A stretch of DNA of 63,730 bases, filler included, from Thermodesulfobacteriota bacterium (GTDB lineage Bacteria; DASVDK01): assembly GCA_036381125.1 (NCBI GenBank). It is 7 parts of 7 records of this genome, joined end to end, with 100 filler letters (N's around TTAATTAATTAA, not from the genome) between each part and the next. Parts side by side here need not be neighbours in the genome. Positions count along the whole stretch, not along the records: positions 58,931 to 61,478 come from DASVDK010000160.1; positions 61,579 to 63,730 come from DASVDK010000211.1; 5 more parts are not named here. One strand, 5' to 3'. Made by a program: the position numbers and the translations under genes. Positions 59,376 through 63,730 of this stretch are shown one piece after another. The notes under the pieces were generated by a model. It was not told the DNA's origin, ran no database searches, and saw only the letters and a list, made by a program, of their open reading frames with translations. Position 1 is the stretch's first letter. Each line of letters begins with the position of its first letter.

Positions 59376-59622
59376 CACGGCGGCGGCCTTGAGCGCGTTG
59401 GGCTTGGAGGCGGCGCGTGTGGCGCTTGGGCTCAGGCGGGCCGGCCTCGAAGACGAGGACCCCGCTGGGGCCGACATCGCCGGAGTAGCCCGTGATTACC
59501 CAGGGCCACGGCCGGTCAGGCGTCGGCGGCCCCTTGATAAGCCACGGCGTGCAGTTACACGCCACGACATGCTTGTCGTCGGCATGCGCGCACTTGGGCT
59601 CCTCAATGCGGTACGGGACCAT
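59341..59622 (-). CDS. Small phage hypothetical protein
   Basis: ATG 3 nt after the portal stop; Cys/His-containing. Confidence 0.45.
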   Translation of the reverse strand: MVPYRIEEPKCAHADDKHVVACNCTPWLIKGPPTPDRPWPWVITGYSGDVGPSGVLVFEAGPPEPKRHTRRLQAQRAQGRRRDGSRPDVRHAP

Positions 59623-59625
59623 CGT

Positions 59626-61478
59626 CTACCCGATCCCCAACTCGGGCACCTGCGGGACGCTGCCCGCCGGGCCGGCCTCGAAGCCGCCGCCGGGGCCCGT
59701 CGTGCCCGCCGGATTCGGCGCCCCGATCCCCAACTCCAGATCGCCCGGGGTCTCGGCCGGGCCTGCCATCCCCATCCCGCCGCCGCCGAGGGCGCCGAGA
59801 AGGTCGCCGCCGCTCCGGGCCGCGGCCAGCACGAGCCGCGGATCGAGGATCGCCCCCTCGCCCGGGGTCTTGGCGATCTTGGCCGGGTCGATCCCGAGGC
59901 CGCGCACGATCTGCCGCAGTTGCTTGCGCACGTCGAACTCCGCGTCGTAGGCGGCGGCGAGCGCGGGGTTCGAGCCGACGAGGCTCAGGAGGGCCAGGTT
60001 CCCCTGCACGCTCCGCGCGCGGTCGGCCACCTGCTTGAGGCCCCGGACCTTGAACGTCGCCGCCTGCGCGAGGAGCACGAAGCGCTCGGCCGGCGTCAGG
60101 CTATCGAGCGCGAGCGCGCGCTCGACCCCCACCACCTGGACCAACTCGGGGTCCGTGAGGTCGTCGAGGAACTGCCACGTCGTGAGCCAGGCCAGCTCGA
60201 CGACGGGGGTCAGGCCCGTCAGCTCGAAGTGCCCCGCGATGAAGTCGTAGAGGGTGTTCGAGGCTCGCTCGGCCTGCACCACCTCGGTCGCCTTCACCTG
60301 CCGGGGCGGCAGCCGCCCGAGCCCCGTGTCGGGTGTCGCGATCGAGGCCGAGAAGGCCGCCTTGAGCTGCTGCATGGTGAACGCCGCAAACTGCGGCACC
60401 TCGCCCGAGTCGACCCGCTCGAGGAACTTGGCGCCGATCGGCGCCTGGTTGTTGAGCACCGCCGTGTACCCCTGGGGGATGCCGTCGGCGATCTCCTCGG
60501 GATTGGCGAGCCAGTCCGGCCGTACCTGCCGGGTGCCCCAGGTGGCCGCAAACCCGCCGTCGAGCATCAGGTTGAAGAGTTCGTTAATCGCCTTGGCGAC
60601 CGGGCCCGCGTGGTCGGCCAGCGCCTTGTGGACGGTCGACAGCGGCACGCGGACGAGCGGCGTCGAGACGAACGGCCAGCGGCCATGCCAGAAGGGGTTG
60701 GGCGTCGGCGGGCGCAGCACCTCGCTCCCCGCGGTCGTCACGACGACGTTGCGGTGGAGGACGCGGCCGTGCCGGTCCACGATGTCGCCCCACCGCTCGC
60801 GGACGCGGACGATCGGCTCCCCCTCGTCGTCGTAGGTGACGGGCTGGCCCGAGCGGGTCGCCTTGTCGGTCTTGGTCTCGGTCTCTTCGGCGAGCGCCGT
60901 GAGGCGCTCGATCGCGGCCGGGTCATAGTCCGGGTTCTCGCGCAGCTCCGCGAGCCGGCGCGTGACCTCGTGGATCACGTAGCGGTGGTGCCCCGTCGGA
61001 TCCGGCCAGTAGTCCTCGTAGGGGACGAGATCGATCGCGAGCCGGAAGGTCCGCGTCATGGCGCGGCCGACCGTCACCCCCATCGCGTCCGGGGCGACCG
61101 GGGCCATCGGGTCGATCGAGGGCATCGAGCGTTCGAGGTGGAAGATCGGCCGCTCCACGTCCACGCCGTAGACCTTGAAGGTCGCGACGGCTTCGAGGAG
61201 GCCCATCTTGGTCGCGTCGCCGAGGACCGAGGCGAAGGGGACGGCCGTGTCGGGCCCGTAGCCGGGCTGGTAGAGGCGGCCGAGGAGGTGGAGGAGGAGC
61301 GCGCGCATCGACTCGGGGTCGAGGAGCGCCGGCCCCAAGCCCGCGGGCTCGACATCGACCCAATCCGAGAAGTCGATCACAGCGCCGGCGATGAGGCCGG
61401 CGAGCTGCTCGATCGCGATCGGGAAGTCGGGCAGGAATTCCGTGGACTGCCCCTTGCGCTTATGGGCCCAGTTCTGAC
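59626..61478 (-). CDS. Phage portal (head-tail connector) protein, 5' truncated
   Basis: Frame open to contig end (..KGQSTEFLP..IEQ); NPFWHGRWPFV, INELFNLMLD, KATEV (TATEV-like). Confidence 0.75.
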
Positions 61479-61578
61479 NNNNNNNNNNNNNNNNNNNNNN
61501 NNNNNNNNNNNNNNNNNNNNNNTTAATTAATTAANNNNNNNNNNNNNNNNNNNNNNNNNNNNNNNNNNNNNNNNNNNN

Positions 61579-61639
61579 TGATGCCCTTGTCGTTCGTCGA
61601 GGCGATCACGCCCTCGATCGTCTGGTGCTCCTTCGGCAT
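61579..61639 (-). CDS. Phage early gene, 5' fragment
   Basis: GGAAGGAG SD, MPKEHQTIEGVIASTNDKGI. Confidence 0.55.
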
Positions 61640-61821
61640 CGCCGTACTCCTTCCCAGCGCGGTGCTCAGCCGCGCCGGGTTCCTGCGTGAGGGCTCGTAG
61701 GGATGTCTGCCGGGCGCGACTCCCTACCTTGTGTGAGCCCCACTCACCTCCACTCCGCGTAGCCCGGGACGAGGAGTTCGCCCCGCGGCCCGCCTCCCCT
61801 CGGGAGGCACCCCGGCAGACT

Positions 61822-61893
61822 TGGTGGCGGGCCCGGGAGTCGAACCCAGCGGTGGGGGGTTATGAGCCCCCCGTGCTCCCACGAGTGCCCGCG
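61822..61893 (-). tRNA. tRNA-Met(CAT)-like, initiator features, shortened D arm
   Basis: Acceptor CGCGGGC/GCCCGCC-A-CCA; anticodon arm GGGGG-CTCATAA-CCCCC; T arm CTGGG-TTCGACT-CCCGG. Confidence 0.7.
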
Positions 61894-61900
61894 TCATCGG

Positions 61901-62200
61901 TCACACGAGCGCCGGCGCGCAAAGCGCCGCGGCCTGCAGCGGCGTCACGTGGCCGGCCGCGTCCACGAGGTACGGCTCGACCACGCGGACGGTCCGAGCG
62001 GCGCGGCGCTCGCGCGTGACGAGCCCCCGCTTGAGGAGCCGCTGCACGCGGCAGTCGGCCGCGTACTTCGTGATGCCGAACGCCTGGGCCAGCTCCCGGA
62101 CCGTCGGCCCCAGGCCGTTCGGCCGCCGCAGGCGCACGATGGCGTCGAGGGTCTCGGCCTCACGCCGCGTGAGCGGCCGGTCGACTGACCCGCGCGGCAT
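61901..62200 (-). CDS. LexA-like DNA-binding domain protein (no peptidase domain)
   Basis: LTRREAETLDAI..GLGPTVRELAQAFGI..L.KRGLV.R....RTVRV. Confidence 0.8.
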   Translation of the reverse strand: MPRGSVDRPLTRREAETLDAIVRLRRPNGLGPTVRELAQAFGITKYAADCRVQRLLKRGLVTRERRAARTVRVVEPYLVDAAGHVTPLQAAALCAPALV

Positions 62201-62679
62201 CACCGCGCCTCGGCTCGGGCGAGCTGCGCGCCGCGCGCCTCCGCCTGCTGGAGGCGCACGCGGTAGCCGTCCGCGTAGGCGCGGTACTCGGCCTCGAGCT
62301 GCCGCGCCGCGCGCGCGTGCCCGCGCCGGCGCGCGGCCTCGTCCGGATCCGGCTCGGCGGCCGCCGCGATCTCGGCGCTGGCGGCGTCGGCTTGGGCCTC
62401 GTCGGCCCGCTCGTCGTGCCAGGCGACGAGCTCGCGCAGGCGGGCGATCGCGAGCCCGCTCGCGAAGCCCTGAGGCGCGTCGGCCGAGGGCCGCTCGTAG
62501 CCGTCGGTGCAGACCGCCTCGGTGTGCAGGTACTCGCGGCCGGTCGTCGGCTCGAGATGCCGGTGAGCGGTCGACCCGACCGCGACGACGTCGGGCTCGC
62601 CGAGCGGGCGGGTGCGCGCCGTCTGGACCACCAGGGGCTCGGGGCGGCGGTCGGGCGCTGGCGTCGGGGGTCTGGGCAT
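62200..62679 (-). CDS. Phage hypothetical coiled-coil protein
   Basis: AAGGAG SD, GC3 bias, coupled to the next gene. Confidence 0.65.
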   Translation of the reverse strand: MPRPPTPAPDRRPEPLVVQTARTRPLGEPDVVAVGSTAHRHLEPTTGREYLHTEAVCTDGYERPSADAPQGFASGLAIARLRELVAWHDERADEAQADAASAEIAAAAEPDPDEAARRRGHARAARQLEAEYRAYADGYRVRLQQAEARGAQLARAEAR

Positions 62680-62699
62680 CGCTTGCTCCTTGGCCACAG

Positions 62700-62732
62700 A
62701 AAACCCGCCGGCCCGAGGTGGGCGCGGCGGGT
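62700..62732 (-). terminator. Terminator-like hairpin after the cro-like gene
   Basis: ACCCGCCG...CGGCGGGT stem plus T run. Confidence 0.55.
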
Positions 62733-62736
62733 CGGG

Positions 62737-62994
62737 TTACCGCCTCAGGTCGACCGACTTGTAGAGGTCGTTCGGGGTCACGTCGAGGACGCCCGCGATC
62801 CGGCCGAACGTCCGGGAGCTCGGCGTGGCCTGGCCGGCCTCGATCTTCCGGAGCTGGACCGGGGTGATGCGGGCGAGCTCGGCGGCGGACTCGACAGTCA
62901 AGCCGGCCTTCTCGCGGTACTTCTTCACCAGGGCCCCGGAGGGCACGTACACCCGGACGACCCGCTCGACCTCTTGGAGACCGTTGATCGCCAT
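62737..62994 (-). CDS. Cro-like XRE HTH protein
   Basis: REKAGLT...AELARIT..LRKIEAGQATPS..IAGVLDV. Confidence 0.85.
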   Translation of the reverse strand: MAINGLQEVERVVRVYVPSGALVKKYREKAGLTVESAAELARITPVQLRKIEAGQATPSSRTFGRIAGVLDVTPNDLYKSVDLRR

Positions 62995-63001
62995 GGCCGG
63001 G

Positions 63002-63031
63002 AGAGTACTCCAGAGACTCTAGTAGAGTCAA
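63002..63031 (-). promoter_or_regulatory. Phage promoter overlapped by operator
   Basis: TTGACT-N18-TACTCT; perfect dyad GACTCTA-G-TAGAGTC at 63015-63029. Confidence 0.7.
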
Positions 63032-63139
63032 GCCGAAAAATGAAGCTTGGGAAAGTCGGGCCCATCCGACCCGATAAACTCTAGTTGCGTGACTGGGATT
63101 TCTCCGGTATTCTCGGCTGGTCTAACCGGGAGGTTTGGC

Positions 63140-63730
63140 GTGACGAATCAGCTCGGATTGGCGCTCCGGCGAGCTCGGAAGGCGAAGGGGCTCTTGCAGA
63201 AGGAAGCGGGGGAGCGGCTGGAGGAGGTCGGCGCCCCGAAGGTCTCAGACGGCGCGATCTCGCAATACGAGCTCGGCGATGCCATCCCGAGCGACGAGGT
63301 GCTCGTGGGGCTCGCGCGCCTCTACGGCGTCGAGGAGGCGGCGGCGACGTGGCTGGCCTGGGCGGAGGTGGCGCGCCGGACGCGCGCCGTCGAGCGCGTC
63401 CAGTCGCGGTTCGGTCTGCCTGATCGCGTCCCGGAGGTGACGCCGTCCCCGGGCCCCTTTCGTGACGACCGTCCCGAAGCCGATCGTGGAGCGGATGCTG
63501 GAGGGCGTCCTGGCGAGGATCCCGGCGCCGGAGGAGCGACAGGCGGCACGGCGCTGGCTCAGCGAGCAGCTCGCGGCGGTGCGCTAACGGCCGACGCGCT
63601 CGAGGATCTCGCCGAGCGCCTGGCCGTCCACCTCGAGGCGCGGCTCGAGGATCGGATCGCGCTGCGATTCGAGGCCCGCCTGGCCGCACTCGAAAGGGCG
63701 ATCGCGCCACGGGGCGGCGCGACCGAGCCC
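63140..63730 (+). CDS. CI-like XRE repressor (3' end outside window; absent from ORF track)
   Basis: GGGAGG SD, GTG; LRRARKAKGLLQKEAG..AISQYELGDAIPSDEVL..LARLYGV; divergent from cro. Confidence 0.85.
   Translation, partial: MTNQLGLALRRARKAKGLLQKEAGERLEEVGAPKVSDGAISQYELGDAIPSDEVLVGLARLYGVEEAAATWLAWAEVARRTRAVERVQSRFGLPDRVPEVTPSPGPFRDDRPEADRGADAGGRPGEDPGAGGATGGTALAQRAARGGALTADALEDLAERLAVHLEARLEDRIALRFEARLAALERAIAPRGGATEP

Overview
This window is not one locus. It is seven contig pieces of a very GC-rich, Gram-negative (Deltaproteobacteria/Myxococcota-like by gene order; inferred) draft genome, joined by artificial 100-nt N/TTAATTAATTAA spacers. Contig 1 (1-26883): CusRS-like two-component pair; a nitrite/NO module (DUF6448 pseudogene, hemerythrin, Crp/Fnr, nrfHA); lactate permease; LysR-amidohydrolase-peptide ABC unit; Mo-oxidoreductase with a MocR regulator; osmoprotectant and Liv-type ABC operons. 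Contig 2: rng-nth region and a moeA-Crp-DUF192-tetraheme cytochrome-glutaredoxin-like operon. Contig 3: iron-uptake island (imelysin, di-heme protein, ExbBD-TonB, IutA-like receptor, PiuC, HemP, MucR, XRE). Contig 4: glnD end, selenocysteine-containing selD, YaiO-HEAT-GT2 operon, xerD. Contig 5: housekeeping hydrolases. Contigs 6-7: phage-like (portal, cro/cI switch, tRNA-like element). Most unusual signals: a SoxA/TsdA-like tetraheme lipoprotein and a partner glutaredoxin that both lack their catalytic cysteines; three structured intergenic repeat families; a candidate Crp/Fnr operator; dual coding inside the phage repressor; a D-arm-shortened initiator-like tRNA; recurrent leaderless starts; and several internal deletion junctions. 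All family assignments come from motif recognition by eye, not database searches.
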